From Candidatus Bathyarchaeota archaeon (GTDB lineage: Archaea > Thermoproteota > Bathyarchaeia > Bathyarchaeales > Bathycorpusculaceae): a stretch of DNA of 64,000 bases. The notes under the pieces are model-generated. The model saw nothing but the letters and a program-made list of their open reading frames with translations. It was not told the origin of the DNA and searched no databases. Within the stretch, counting starts at the first letter, position 1; every line of letters begins with the position of its first letter. The stretch is taken from NCBI GenBank assembly GCA_963806535.1, contig CAWDYC010000004.1:523896-587895 (forward strand), in the 5' to 3' direction. Below, in pieces: positions 44,592-54,295 of this stretch. The translations under genes were made by a program, and so were the position numbers.

Positions 44592-44608
44592 TTCATAACT
44601 TTTATGAA
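44592..44608. promoter_or_regulatory. Palindromic operator TTCATAA-N3-TTATGAA upstream of the APC permease promoter
   Basis: Same as the glnA site, same spacing to the TATA box (44571-44576). Confidence 0.8.
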
Positions 44609-44691
44609 ATACTGGACTGATTTTTGGATAACGCGTGTCAAAATGGACAAACATAAAAAAAATGGTTTACCTAAATACGAACAAAACAGAG

Positions 44692-45606
44692 CTAAAACGT
44701 ACCTATGATTAAGCCTATACTGAAACTTAGCAAAGGAGCAATAATCCAACTTGAAGCTGTCACCAGAAAAGGCTTGAGCGAAACAAACTTGGATTTGTAA
44801 GAGATGCTTGCCCCGAAAACCGCCGATGAAAGAGCTTGGGTATTAGACAATGGAATATTGAGAATTGTAGCTGCTTCAACAAGAATCGTTGAAGTCAAGA
44901 GCGTACTCATCGCATTCGGGTAACGCATAAGAAAAAACTCTTGAGAAACCCTTCGAATTTCTCCTCCACTTAAAAAGAATGTACCAATGAATATGGCAAC
45001 GATTGCCGCTACGATTGTTGCAAAATCAAATCCGCTAGTAGCAGCTATCAACCCAATGGTATTCGCGCCCAGAACATAAGAAGTAAAAAACGCTAAAATA
45101 ATAAGCAAAATTTTGTAAGTTTGTAATCTTCGCCAAATATTTTTTGGCCGAGACCTGTTAATCACCCTGATGAGATAGAATGAAAAAACAATTGCAATTA
45201 GAGGCGCTGCAATCCACATGGCAACTACTTCAGTAACATATACTCCATCTTTAAGCGCACCATTTGCAAGGGATAAACCTGCAAACAAACCGACAAGGGA
45301 CATGCTAAGAGAAACTGGGGCTCTAATTAAATCGGCAATAACAAAAATTATGATCGCCACCAACAAAGCTTCTGCCCTAAATTGCAAAGCTATGTTTGGC
45401 ATTAACATATTTACAGTTCTTATCATTCCAGTGCCTTGGGCAATAAGTCCAACTGAAAAGCCTGCAGCGCCTAGTAAAATGCCGAACCGTTTACTTATGA
45501 TTCTAGATCCTATGGCAGGACCAACACATGCGGATAGGTTGTTGCCTGAAACTAACATCACTGCGATGAAAGTCAAAATGAAGACGATGATTGAAAGCCA
45601 AAGCAT
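44692..45606 (-). CDS. PiT family inorganic phosphate transporter
   Basis: SGNN.SACVG, GAN.IG, P.S.TQ; paired with a DUF47 gene. Confidence 0.8.
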   Translation of the reverse strand: MLWLSIIVFILTFIAVMLVSGNNLSACVGPAIGSRIISKRFGILLGAAGFSVGLIAQGTGMIRTVNMLMPNIALQFRAEALLVAIIIFVIADLIRAPVSLSMSLVGLFAGLSLANGALKDGVYVTEVVAMWIAAPLIAIVFSFYLIRVINRSRPKNIWRRLQTYKILLIILAFFTSYVLGANTIGLIAATSGFDFATIVAAIVAIFIGTFFLSGGEIRRVSQEFFLMRYPNAMSTLLTSTILVEAATILNIPLSNTQALSSAVFGASISYKSKFVSLKPFLVTASSWIIAPLLSFSIGLIIGTF

Positions 45607-45612
45607 CTATTG

Positions 45613-46305
45613 TCACTTAAGAATCGAAGTAACGACTGAAACCATTAGATCAGAGAAGTCTTCGCAAGAATCAAGGATGTCATCGCATTTGTGCAAAAGC
45701 TCTTGATAATGATAAAATTCCAAAAAATGTAGCTTCGGCGCTATTCTATACAACCTGTCAAATCCTTGATCCTTTATATCATCACCCTGCTCTTCAATGT
45801 CTTCAACTTCTTTTCTCATACGCAAAATTTCAGACAAATCTGATGAGGACAGCGCCTGTTTTAGCGTTAGTATGGATTTTTCAGCCAAAACAAGCATGTT
45901 TTCATAGACAGAATCCCGGTTAGGCAGGTTTTCTTGAAAGCCGGTTGAGTAAGCTCTTGCCATGCGATCAAGTTCTCTGCTAATGTAATAGTAGGTGTCA
46001 ATTATGTTGTCGGCTGTTTGAACGCAGTTGAGCAAGTTATCTATTGTGTTAGGGCTGATGGCACCGCTTGTGATGTCTTCGCTTGTTTTGAAGGCTATTT
46101 CATCTGATTTTTTTTCCAGCACTTGCATGGCGTGCATGGCTTCAGTTAGTTCTTTTTCTTTGTAACCCATCTTAAACATTTTCATTAAAATAGTGTTAGC
46201 TTCTGTCGCCATGGAGAAAATTTGCGTCAACTGGCTGAAAATGTTTTTTTCGCCCACAACCAAAATTCCTTTGAGGCTCTTCAATCGAAACACCTTCCTT
46301 AGCAC
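45613..46305 (-). CDS. DUF47 phosphate-transport regulator
   Basis: LEKKSDEI, IEEQGDDIKD, DDILDSCED. Confidence 0.82.
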   Translation of the reverse strand: MLRKVFRLKSLKGILVVGEKNIFSQLTQIFSMATEANTILMKMFKMGYKEKELTEAMHAMQVLEKKSDEIAFKTSEDITSGAISPNTIDNLLNCVQTADNIIDTYYYISRELDRMARAYSTGFQENLPNRDSVYENMLVLAEKSILTLKQALSSSDLSEILRMRKEVEDIEEQGDDIKDQGFDRLYRIAPKLHFLEFYHYQELLHKCDDILDSCEDFSDLMVSVVTSILK

Positions 46306-46439
46306 AAATAGTCATTAGAGAATACTTTAGCAATATTAAACATTTAATATTTTTTTTAACTTGGATCTTAAAATTAGTCCGTTTACTTTGAAGCATATTT
46401 TTCTTATGAAAAATTGAAATTAATTCTGGATTTTCAAAA

Positions 46440-46913
46440 CTAAAGAATTTTGCTGTATTCTTTTACAGCGTTAAAAGCAACCAACGTAGTGGTTCTCTTA
46501 ATGAAACGTTCAGATAGCAGCTTTTTAAGAAAACCGTTGAGGCTCGCATTGTCTCGGAACTTGGCAAATACGACCGCATCATATTCTCCAGTTATGTCGT
46601 AAACCGAGAGAACGTTGCTTTCTTTGGCGATTTCGTTTTCGATCTCAAGCATGTGTCCTCCCTCAACTTGAATCATGATAATGGCAGTCAAGGCGTATCC
46701 CATTTTTGTAGCGTCAACAATTGGGACGTAACCGCGTATGATGCCTTCTTTCTCTAAACTTTTTATGCGATTATGTAAAATATTCGGCGTTAACGTGAGT
46801 TTGTGTGCTAGTTTACGCAAGCTTACGCGTGAATCTTCTTCTAATGCTCGAATAATCTGCAAATCTACGGCATCTAGTTTTTTCTGTGGGCTTTCAGGTT
46901 TGAAGCCCAACAA
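46440..46913 (-). CDS. Lrp/AsnC transcriptional regulator (full length)
   Basis: LDAVDLQIIRALEEDSR.S.R.LA...RIK.LEKEGII.GY plus RAM domain VYDITGEYD. Confidence 0.92.
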   Translation of the reverse strand: MLGFKPESPQKKLDAVDLQIIRALEEDSRVSLRKLAHKLTLTPNILHNRIKSLEKEGIIRGYVPIVDATKMGYALTAIIMIQVEGGHMLEIENEIAKESNVLSVYDITGEYDAVVFAKFRDNASLNGFLKKLLSERFIKRTTTLVAFNAVKEYSKIL

Positions 46914-47100
46914 ATCTCACATCCTATCGTATTTAACGTTTGTTTAGGTGAAAAAGCCATATATAAACATACTGCAATAAAACAGCTAATGGTATAAACA
47001 ATGGTCAAAATATTTACTGTATATATAGACAAACGAGGAATCAATCTAATTTCTAAAAACTTAAAATAAAAGTTGCGCAAACCCATTAAGCTGAGAACAA

Positions 47101-48048
47101 ATGATCAACCAAGAAAAAGCCGAACATGTCCGTAAATGTTTGCAGCTGGCGATATTGCTTGAGGTAAGCGTGGACAAACCCGGAAATGTATCTCTAACAT
47201 CAAGTTTTGAGGGAACAAATGTTCAGCATTTCTTGGCTTCAGCTATAGCTGCAGGACCCGCTTTTCAGGAAGCTGCCTTTCGCGGTGCTTCAGTAGCGGA
47301 AAACAAGCTTAGTCTTACCAATATCGGTTTGGGGAAATTAATCAAGACCTGTGCCAGTGATGTTAAGGCTTGGCAAAGGGGCGGAAACACGATTCTTGGA
47401 ACAATCATGCTGTTTACTCCCATCGCGGTTGCAGCTGGAATGACTCCAACCGACAGAAATTACAGCTTCGATTTCTCAGTGCTACGCAAAAATATCGATT
47501 TAGTCGTTAAATCAACGACGGCATGGGATTCGGTGCACCTCTATGAAGCCGTAGACATTGCTAGTCCCAGCGGTCTCAATGAAGCACCTGACCTTGATGT
47601 AACCGACCCACGATCCAAAGAGCGCTTGATACATGAAAACGTCACTTTATTTGACGTTTTCAAAATTGCATCAGCATATGACGATATTTGCGCTGAATGG
47701 ATAAACAATTACCCAGTAACCTTCGATTTAGCCTACCCATATTTGACTGAGCAACTGAAAAACAAACCTTTGAACACTGCTGTTGTACATACTTTTCTCA
47801 AAATCCTTTCAGAACGCCCCGATACGTTTATTGCGAGAAAGGTTAGCAAGGAAAAAGCAGGGATAGTGTCATTTGACGCTAAGGCTGTTTTGGAGCTTGG
47901 GGGGTTAGAAACTGAAGAAGGCAGAAAAAGTCTTCAAAATTTTGATAAGAAACTGCGGATATCTCAAAACAGACTGAATCCTGGAACGACCGCAGATTTG
48001 ACAGCGGCCGCGTTGGCGCTTTGTACCTTGAGTGGTTATAGACCTTGA
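47101..48048 (+). CDS. citG: CitG-like triphosphoribosyl-dephospho-CoA synthase family protein
   Basis: LLEV..KPGNV, GNTILG, PDTFIARK, LNPGTTADL. Confidence 0.85.
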   Translation: MINQEKAEHVRKCLQLAILLEVSVDKPGNVSLTSSFEGTNVQHFLASAIAAGPAFQEAAFRGASVAENKLSLTNIGLGKLIKTCASDVKAWQRGGNTILGTIMLFTPIAVAAGMTPTDRNYSFDFSVLRKNIDLVVKSTTAWDSVHLYEAVDIASPSGLNEAPDLDVTDPRSKERLIHENVTLFDVFKIASAYDDICAEWINNYPVTFDLAYPYLTEQLKNKPLNTAVVHTFLKILSERPDTFIARKVSKEKAGIVSFDAKAVLELGGLETEEGRKSLQNFDKKLRISQNRLNPGTTADLTAAALALCTLSGYRP

Positions 48049-48388
48049 ACATCAAGTTTACCCTAACATTGTCTTAGCTTTTTCTTTCTTACAATCTTCC
48101 TCCCGAATTCGATAGATGATCCAATTGGGTGTCTATTCTGTATATACAATTGTACTGACAAAACGTATATATTTTGACCTATAGGTAGGTAGCGCGAAAA
48201 AAATTAAAAAATTGACAAACACGCTCTGATGTTTTTCTTGGATCCAAATAGGCGGCTAAGCCGTCAGATTTGTGCTTAGCTCGGTATAGTTTGCCGCCAA
48301 ACCTCGTTTGTAAATAGAGAAAAAGCAAGCAAAGTTAATGCTCCGTTAAGTTAATATTAAAAAGTCGTTAACAATAGGCATACTTGAA

Positions 48389-49357
48389 GTGAAAATCATG
48401 GCGGTTTTAAGCATAAATCAAATGGCTTGGAAAATAACCCAGAAAATTATTGATAACCCAGAATTTTACGGCGTAACCCTTACAAAATCAACGGCTGGAG
48501 CCACAATTATTGATGCCGGCGTTAACGCTCCAGGCGGCTTTCAAGTAGGCAAAAAACTAACCGAAATTTGTATGGGCGGTGCCGGAAAAGCGCAACTCGG
48601 ATTCAAAACCTACGGCGACTTAACTTTCCCCTCAATAACCATAAGTTCAGACCACCCTGCCGTTGCAATGTTGGGTTCGCAGTTTGCCGGTTGGCGCATC
48701 AAAGACGGTGAACAAATCGCAATCGGGTCAGGACCTGTTCGCGCCCTCGCATTGAAACCCAAGGACGTTTTCGAGGAGATCGGCTATAAAGATCAAAGCG
48801 ACAAAGCCGTACTTACATTGGAAAGCAACAGTTTACCTTCCGATGCCCTTATTGAAAAAGTGGCGACTGCAAGCAACATTTCAGCAGCAAACCTGATAGT
48901 TGTTGTAGCTCCAACAGCAAGCATAGCAGGTTTAACCCAAGTTGCAGGCAGAGTAGTGGAAGTAGGTATTCACAAACTCAGAACTCTAGGCTTAAGCCCC
49001 AAAGTGATTCGCTATGCATTGGGATATGCTCCGATTCCCCCGCTTGGCACGGACTTTGAAGTCGCAATGGCACGTACAAACGACGCAATCCTTTATGGCG
49101 GCACAGTCTACTGCACCGTCGACTATGAGGACGAGGCTGGGTTGCAGAAAATTATAGACCAAGCGCCGTCAATGGCATCAAAAGATTATGGTAAACCGTT
49201 TTTGCAGATTTTCCGTGAAGCAGACAGGGACTTCTACAAGATAGATCACGGTTTATTCGCTCCAGCAGTACTAATAATCAACAACACCAAAACAGGCAAA
49301 ACCTTCAAAGCAGGCCAAATAAATCCTAAGGTGTTGAGTCAATCCTTAGGCTTTTAA
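48389..49357 (+). CDS. mch: Methenyltetrahydromethanopterin cyclohydrolase
   Basis: IIDAGV, ICMGG, LGSQFAGW, GSGPVRALA, APT.S.AG..QV.GRVVE, RTNDAILYGG, DFYKID..LFAPA. Confidence 0.95.
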   Translation: MKIMAVLSINQMAWKITQKIIDNPEFYGVTLTKSTAGATIIDAGVNAPGGFQVGKKLTEICMGGAGKAQLGFKTYGDLTFPSITISSDHPAVAMLGSQFAGWRIKDGEQIAIGSGPVRALALKPKDVFEEIGYKDQSDKAVLTLESNSLPSDALIEKVATASNISAANLIVVVAPTASIAGLTQVAGRVVEVGIHKLRTLGLSPKVIRYALGYAPIPPLGTDFEVAMARTNDAILYGGTVYCTVDYEDEAGLQKIIDQAPSMASKDYGKPFLQIFREADRDFYKIDHGLFAPAVLIINNTKTGKTFKAGQINPKVLSQSLGF

Positions 49358-49364
49358 ACAACTT

Positions 49365-49997
49365 CTATTTTTTTGTTTGCAGACTTGTAGTGCATTTTGC
49401 TTGTTGTGGCATGGTTAAGTGGAGTACTTTTTGAACTCTTTGGGCAATAATAAAGCCTATTGATATTGTGTACAAAGCTAGTGTGGCATTGAATATTGCT
49501 GCGAAGGGTAAGTATCCTATTGTTGCCTGTAGCGGAAATGAATAACCGATTGGTGATGGCTGCGGAAGAGCAAAGAAGAGAATGGTTGACATGACTGCCA
49601 CTCTGGTTAAAATTCCCATCGCTATTGCCAGAGTGACCCATTTCGGTTGGAAGAGAACTTTTGTATTTGGGTCTTTTGGACATGAGATTTTCTTAGCTAA
49701 CATTACTGCAGCGTAAATGCCAATTTGCATTGATAATGTTGCTGCAAGATTGTAGGCTGGTCCGGTTGGTAGAACGCCTGGAAAGATTGCAAATAGCACG
49801 GTAGTATTTATGAGTGATACTGCTAATCCCGCTATGGGGCTGATTATGAGGAACGCTATAACTATCGGTATTTCCCATATTTGAAAGATGAGTCCGTTAG
49901 CAAGTGGAAAGTTAAAGCCGATGTAGGTGAAGGTTGGGTTTAATGCTATTGATAAGGCGGCGAAAACTATGGTGAGTGATAGTGTTTTAGTGTTCAT
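49365..49997 (-). CDS. Membrane protein resembling an ECF transporter S component
   Basis: Hydrophobic with ~6 TM; FQIWEIP, GPAYNL. Confidence 0.6.
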   Translation of the reverse strand: MNTKTLSLTIVFAALSIALNPTFTYIGFNFPLANGLIFQIWEIPIVIAFLIISPIAGLAVSLINTTVLFAIFPGVLPTGPAYNLAATLSMQIGIYAAVMLAKKISCPKDPNTKVLFQPKWVTLAIAMGILTRVAVMSTILFFALPQPSPIGYSFPLQATIGYLPFAAIFNATLALYTISIGFIIAQRVQKVLHLTMPQQAKCTTSLQTKK

Positions 49998-50131
49998 TGT
50001 CTGTGCTTCCGCTTCTGAATGTCGGCGTTAGCTATTTAAGAGTAACTACCCAAAAAAGAGTACTTAAAAATGGATTAAATTTAGGCTAAAATTGATAAAT
50101 AAGCCAATGCAAAATATAGGTACAGTGAACC

Positions 50132-51385
50132 GTGTTGACTGAAACCATTCAGTTCTCTTCCGTTAGCGAGGTTAAACGTTGGCTGGAAGACCAAACAAAC
50201 TCCATCCTCTCGCCTGTGCATGCCCAAGCCAAAAAATTAAGGGACGAAATGAACAATGCGATCCAAAGCGTCGCTGATGTCAGCAAGATGCTTTTGGATA
50301 ATAGCACAAGAGAAATTGACAGACGAAACATGAAGGTTTACAATAGAGCCCGAGCCCTAAACAAGCTTGCTCATTTATTTGTTGACAGGCTCAAAAAACT
50401 GAATGCCCCCGAAGAAATCTCTTATGACAGTCTAAGCAGGTATGCTCAGGAAATCCAAAAAATCTTTTTGGTAAACGACATAGACATCAAAAACTGGTTC
50501 CCAAGAATTTCTCCATTCTTTATCATGGATAGAAGAAAATTTCTCGCCATATACGAAAGATCCAAAATAGCCCATCAAGCCCTCAACGATTTCCTAACGA
50601 AAGAATACATTAAAACCAAAACCTTGGAAGAAGCTTTCCAACTTCTAAACGAACTTCAAAATGTCCAAAAACAACTATTAACAGTTGGGGAAGAAAAAGA
50701 ACAAATAAAAAACGAGCGTATACCAGTCGAAAAAGAAATAGCTGAATTGGAGCAGAAAATTGACGAGCTAAAGACTAAAGGACCCATTGATAAGCTGAAT
50801 ATGGTAAATGCTGAAATCGATGCGTTGAGTAATGAATTGAAATATTCACTGCGGCTTCTGCAGAAACCCTTCATAAAAATGCAGGCATTAGCCATTTCAG
50901 GCGGTGGAGTTGGAATCACTCCAGATGAACTAAACAAAGTTAATCAGTATTTGGAAAAGCCTTTTGATGCATTGGTAGCTGAAAAGGTTGGTTATCCCGA
51001 CTTTAAGGAAATGTTGCAGAAACTTGAGCAGTTTATAAAAGAAGATAAATTAAAACTTAAAGACGATAAAGCACGTAAAGCTGAGCAGTCAATAATTGAA
51101 ATAATCAGAGATGATTCGTTGGCCAAGCTTCAAGTCAGATGCTTGGAAATGGCAAACACGAAACAGCAACTGGTATCTTCTGTTCAACTTGATGAAATAA
51201 GACATAATATCCAAGTATTTCAAGAACAAGTTGATGTGCTTAAAGCGAGAAAAACAAGTATCGAAACTCATGAAACAGTTAAAGAAAACGCTTACAACGA
51301 GGCTGACGACAAAATCAAAAACATGAAGCGGACAATTGAAAAAAACATCCTAAGTTCAATCAACTTCAAAGTTCAAATTCCATAG
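50132..51385 (+). CDS. Long coiled-coil hypothetical protein
   Basis: 417-aa E/K/Q-rich helical ORF; its stop abuts the next gene. Confidence 0.75.
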   Translation: MLTETIQFSSVSEVKRWLEDQTNSILSPVHAQAKKLRDEMNNAIQSVADVSKMLLDNSTREIDRRNMKVYNRARALNKLAHLFVDRLKKLNAPEEISYDSLSRYAQEIQKIFLVNDIDIKNWFPRISPFFIMDRRKFLAIYERSKIAHQALNDFLTKEYIKTKTLEEAFQLLNELQNVQKQLLTVGEEKEQIKNERIPVEKEIAELEQKIDELKTKGPIDKLNMVNAEIDALSNELKYSLRLLQKPFIKMQALAISGGGVGITPDELNKVNQYLEKPFDALVAEKVGYPDFKEMLQKLEQFIKEDKLKLKDDKARKAEQSIIEIIRDDSLAKLQVRCLEMANTKQQLVSSVQLDEIRHNIQVFQEQVDVLKARKTSIETHETVKENAYNEADDKIKNMKRTIEKNILSSINFKVQIP

Positions 51386-52324
51386 TTGCTGTGTGTCTGC
51401 ATCTTGGACTTGCCTTTACTTGTCAAAGAAGCGCTAAGTATTCGGAGCAGAGAATTTATCGGAACAGTTGAAGAAACACAATCCCTGTTAGAGAAAGAAA
51501 AAGGGCAAATCGGTAACCTGACAATTTTGAATCGTTTAGTTACGCTTGAAGCATCAGGCGAAGCATTGGTAATCGGTGATTTGCATGGCGACTTAGAAAG
51601 TCTCAACGTGATTCTTAAAAAGAGTCAGTTTATCGAAAGAATGCATAAAACTCAAAACGCAACATTAATTTTTTTAGGAGACTACGGCGACAGAGGCATA
51701 AAATCACCAGAAATCTACTATTTGACTCTCAAGCTTAAGCTTGCTTTTCCCCAACAAGTTGTTCTTCTACGTGGAAACCATGAAGCGCCAAAAAATTTAC
51801 TTGGCTTACCGCATGATCTTCCAATTTACTTTCAAAACAGGTTCGACGAAGCTTGGAAACAAGCTTACGAGAAAATTCGTGCCCTACATGTTTGCCTCTA
51901 TAATGCTGTTTATGTTGACGGTCGATATTTGATGCTTCACGGAGGCGTATCTCCAAACATTTGTAGTCTTCGAGACATCTCGCAGGCAGAAGAAAACCAT
52001 AACGAAGGTTTGCTTGAAGATATCCTTTGGAACGACCCTGATGAAAAAGTGCCAGATGTTTCTTTTTCACCTAGAGGCGCAGGAAAACTTTTTGGCAAAA
52101 AAGTGACCAAAGAGGTTCTTGAACGTTTGAACGCGAAAATTTTGATACGAGGACACCAAGCAAGCAATGTAGGATTCAAAATTAATCACGGCGGCAAAGT
52201 TTTAACTTTGTTCTCGCGAAAAGGCGCACCCTACTTTAACCGATATGGCGCATATTTGCAGTTGCCGCTAACAGAAAAATTCGAGAATGCTAAGCAGCTG
52301 GCTCCATTTATTCATAAATTCTAA
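51386..52324 (+). CDS. PPP-family Ser/Thr protein phosphatase
   Basis: GDLHG, GDYGDRG, LRGNHE, HGG, DILWNDP, SPRGAG..FG, IRGHQ, TLFS. Confidence 0.9.
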   Translation: MLCVCILDLPLLVKEALSIRSREFIGTVEETQSLLEKEKGQIGNLTILNRLVTLEASGEALVIGDLHGDLESLNVILKKSQFIERMHKTQNATLIFLGDYGDRGIKSPEIYYLTLKLKLAFPQQVVLLRGNHEAPKNLLGLPHDLPIYFQNRFDEAWKQAYEKIRALHVCLYNAVYVDGRYLMLHGGVSPNICSLRDISQAEENHNEGLLEDILWNDPDEKVPDVSFSPRGAGKLFGKKVTKEVLERLNAKILIRGHQASNVGFKINHGGKVLTLFSRKGAPYFNRYGAYLQLPLTEKFENAKQLAPFIHKF

Positions 52325-52419
52325 TTTGCCAATTAGAAACGCTTAATTGTTCGCAGCGCTACCTGAAATTATAATTGATTGTTTTTGCCTTTATGAATTA
52401 ATGAGAATTACGAGGTTTA

Positions 52420-53436
52420 ATGTTGCAAAACGAGAACGCCATTCAGACGATTAGCTTAACCAAAACATTCAAATCAAAATCCCCTGGCTCAAATGGTGGA
52501 TTTTTTAGACGTAAAACCGTTTCTGTCAATGCAATTGATAACCTAACTCTTGAAATTAAGAAGGGTGAACTTTTCGGTCTTCTAGGCCCAAACGGAGCGG
52601 GAAAAACAACACTCGTCAAAATGCTTTGCACTCTTCTTCCGCCTGACGGTGGAACTGCGCTAATCAACGGTTATGACATAGTTAAGGAACCCATGTTGGT
52701 CAGGCGGTCATTGGGCACATTGTTCAGTGTTGGAGAGAGAGGTTTCTTTTGGAGGCTTAACGGTTACAGAAACCTTGAGTTTTTCGCCTCAATTTATAAT
52801 GTGCCAAGGCCGAAACGTCAGGCGCGTATCATGGAAGTTTTGAAGCTTGTAGGTTTAGAAAGCAACGCTTTTGAACTATATCAGAGGTATTCTGGCGGAA
52901 TGAAACGAAAGCTTAGTCTTGCGCGAACTTTGCTTCCAGATCCGCCTGTATTGCTTCTTGATGAGCCAACAGCTGGTTTAGACGTTATTTCTTCACGTAA
53001 TCTTAGGGATTTTATTAGAAAAACAGTTGAAGAAACAGGCAAGACAGTGCTGTACACGACTCATTACATTGAAGAGGCGGCGCAAATCTGCACGAAAATC
53101 GGCATTCTTAAACAAGGAAGAATTATTGCCTACGATACTCCAGACGCTTTAAGAGATAAAATCAAAAAAGACGAATTTATCTATTTTATTCTTGAAGAAA
53201 TTAGTTCTTCTCAGATAGACAAGATGCGATCAATCCAGGGCGTAATCGACATATCTGAAAGAGCCGACCAAGACTTAATGCCAAACCAGAAAGGCTTGTG
53301 TGTTCAACTGCAAAATGTTGACAAATTGCCTTTAATCTTCGGCTTCCTGTTTGAACAAAAAATCAAGTTTGTCAACTTTAGGCGTGAAGAGCCCAGCCTT
53401 GAAGACGCATTTATTGAGTTAACTAGGAAGGTGTGA
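52420..53436 (+). CDS. ABC transporter ATP-binding protein
   Basis: GPNGAGKTT, YSGGMKRK, LLDEPTAGLD, TTHYIEEA. Confidence 0.92.
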   Translation: MLQNENAIQTISLTKTFKSKSPGSNGGFFRRKTVSVNAIDNLTLEIKKGELFGLLGPNGAGKTTLVKMLCTLLPPDGGTALINGYDIVKEPMLVRRSLGTLFSVGERGFFWRLNGYRNLEFFASIYNVPRPKRQARIMEVLKLVGLESNAFELYQRYSGGMKRKLSLARTLLPDPPVLLLDEPTAGLDVISSRNLRDFIRKTVEETGKTVLYTTHYIEEAAQICTKIGILKQGRIIAYDTPDALRDKIKKDEFIYFILEEISSSQIDKMRSIQGVIDISERADQDLMPNQKGLCVQLQNVDKLPLIFGFLFEQKIKFVNFRREEPSLEDAFIELTRKV

Positions 53437-53440
53437 TTGC

Positions 53441-54238
53441 ATGAGCGCGTTGGCTGAGCTTGAGAAAATCTGGTATTTCATGAAGCGGGACATAGTAAGC
53501 TTCTCAACCTACAAAACAAACATTGCACTTCTAGTTTTCACTGCTATTTTCGGAGCCTTATCCTTTGCTTATCTAGGACAAAGCTCAGTCAACCAGAATG
53601 TAAATCAAATATATCATACAAGCTACACAACCTACCTAATTATCGGATTAGCATTCAACAGTTACCTTGGACAAGCTCTAACTTTGGTACAAAAAACAAT
53701 TAATCCCTGGGCGCTTGAAGAAGTTTTAGTTTCGCCGACTCGCTTATCCACCTTCATAATTGGCAGCTCTATTTGGGGCTTTATTTGGAGCACAGTAGTA
53801 GTAGCAGTTTACCTTGTTATCGGAGTGACTTTTTTCGGCGTTTTGTTAAGCGTCAATATTTTGGGGACACTGATTGTTCTAGCCTTAGGCATCACTACCT
53901 TCATTGGTATTAGCATGATTGGCTCAGGCATACTAATTTTAACCAAACAAGGCGACCCAGTGACGGCTCTTATGACAATAGCAATCAGCTTGTTTGGAAA
54001 TGTGTTTTTTACCCCGCAAATCCTTCCGCCATTTCTGCAAACAATCGCATACGTAACTCCACCATACTATTTTTTCAATGACATCAGGTTCATGCTGCTT
54101 GGCTCGACTATTGCCTCAATTTTGCCTGACTTGGAAATTTTAGCTTTAATGTGCGTCATTATTGTCCCAGTAGGATACGCCATATATGCATGGTGCCTAA
54201 AAACTGCAAGAAAAAACGGAACCCTCTCATGGTTCTAG
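53441..54238 (+). CDS. ABC-2 permease
   Basis: Six-TM protein; LEEVLVSPT, LP.FLQ.IAY..P. Confidence 0.85.
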   Translation: MSALAELEKIWYFMKRDIVSFSTYKTNIALLVFTAIFGALSFAYLGQSSVNQNVNQIYHTSYTTYLIIGLAFNSYLGQALTLVQKTINPWALEEVLVSPTRLSTFIIGSSIWGFIWSTVVVAVYLVIGVTFFGVLLSVNILGTLIVLALGITTFIGISMIGSGILILTKQGDPVTALMTIAISLFGNVFFTPQILPPFLQTIAYVTPPYYFFNDIRFMLLGSTIASILPDLEILALMCVIIVPVGYAIYAWCLKTARKNGTLSWF

Positions 54239-54295
54239 TGAATTGATGGCTTCTCAGCCGTCAAATGTTCCCAATTCGCTGGAGAGATAGTCCTG

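Noticed and set aside
48250-48298. GGCGGC...GCCGCC / GCTAAGC...GCTTAGC stem upstream of mch as an ncRNA
   Set aside because: Short single-occurrence pairing with no further support
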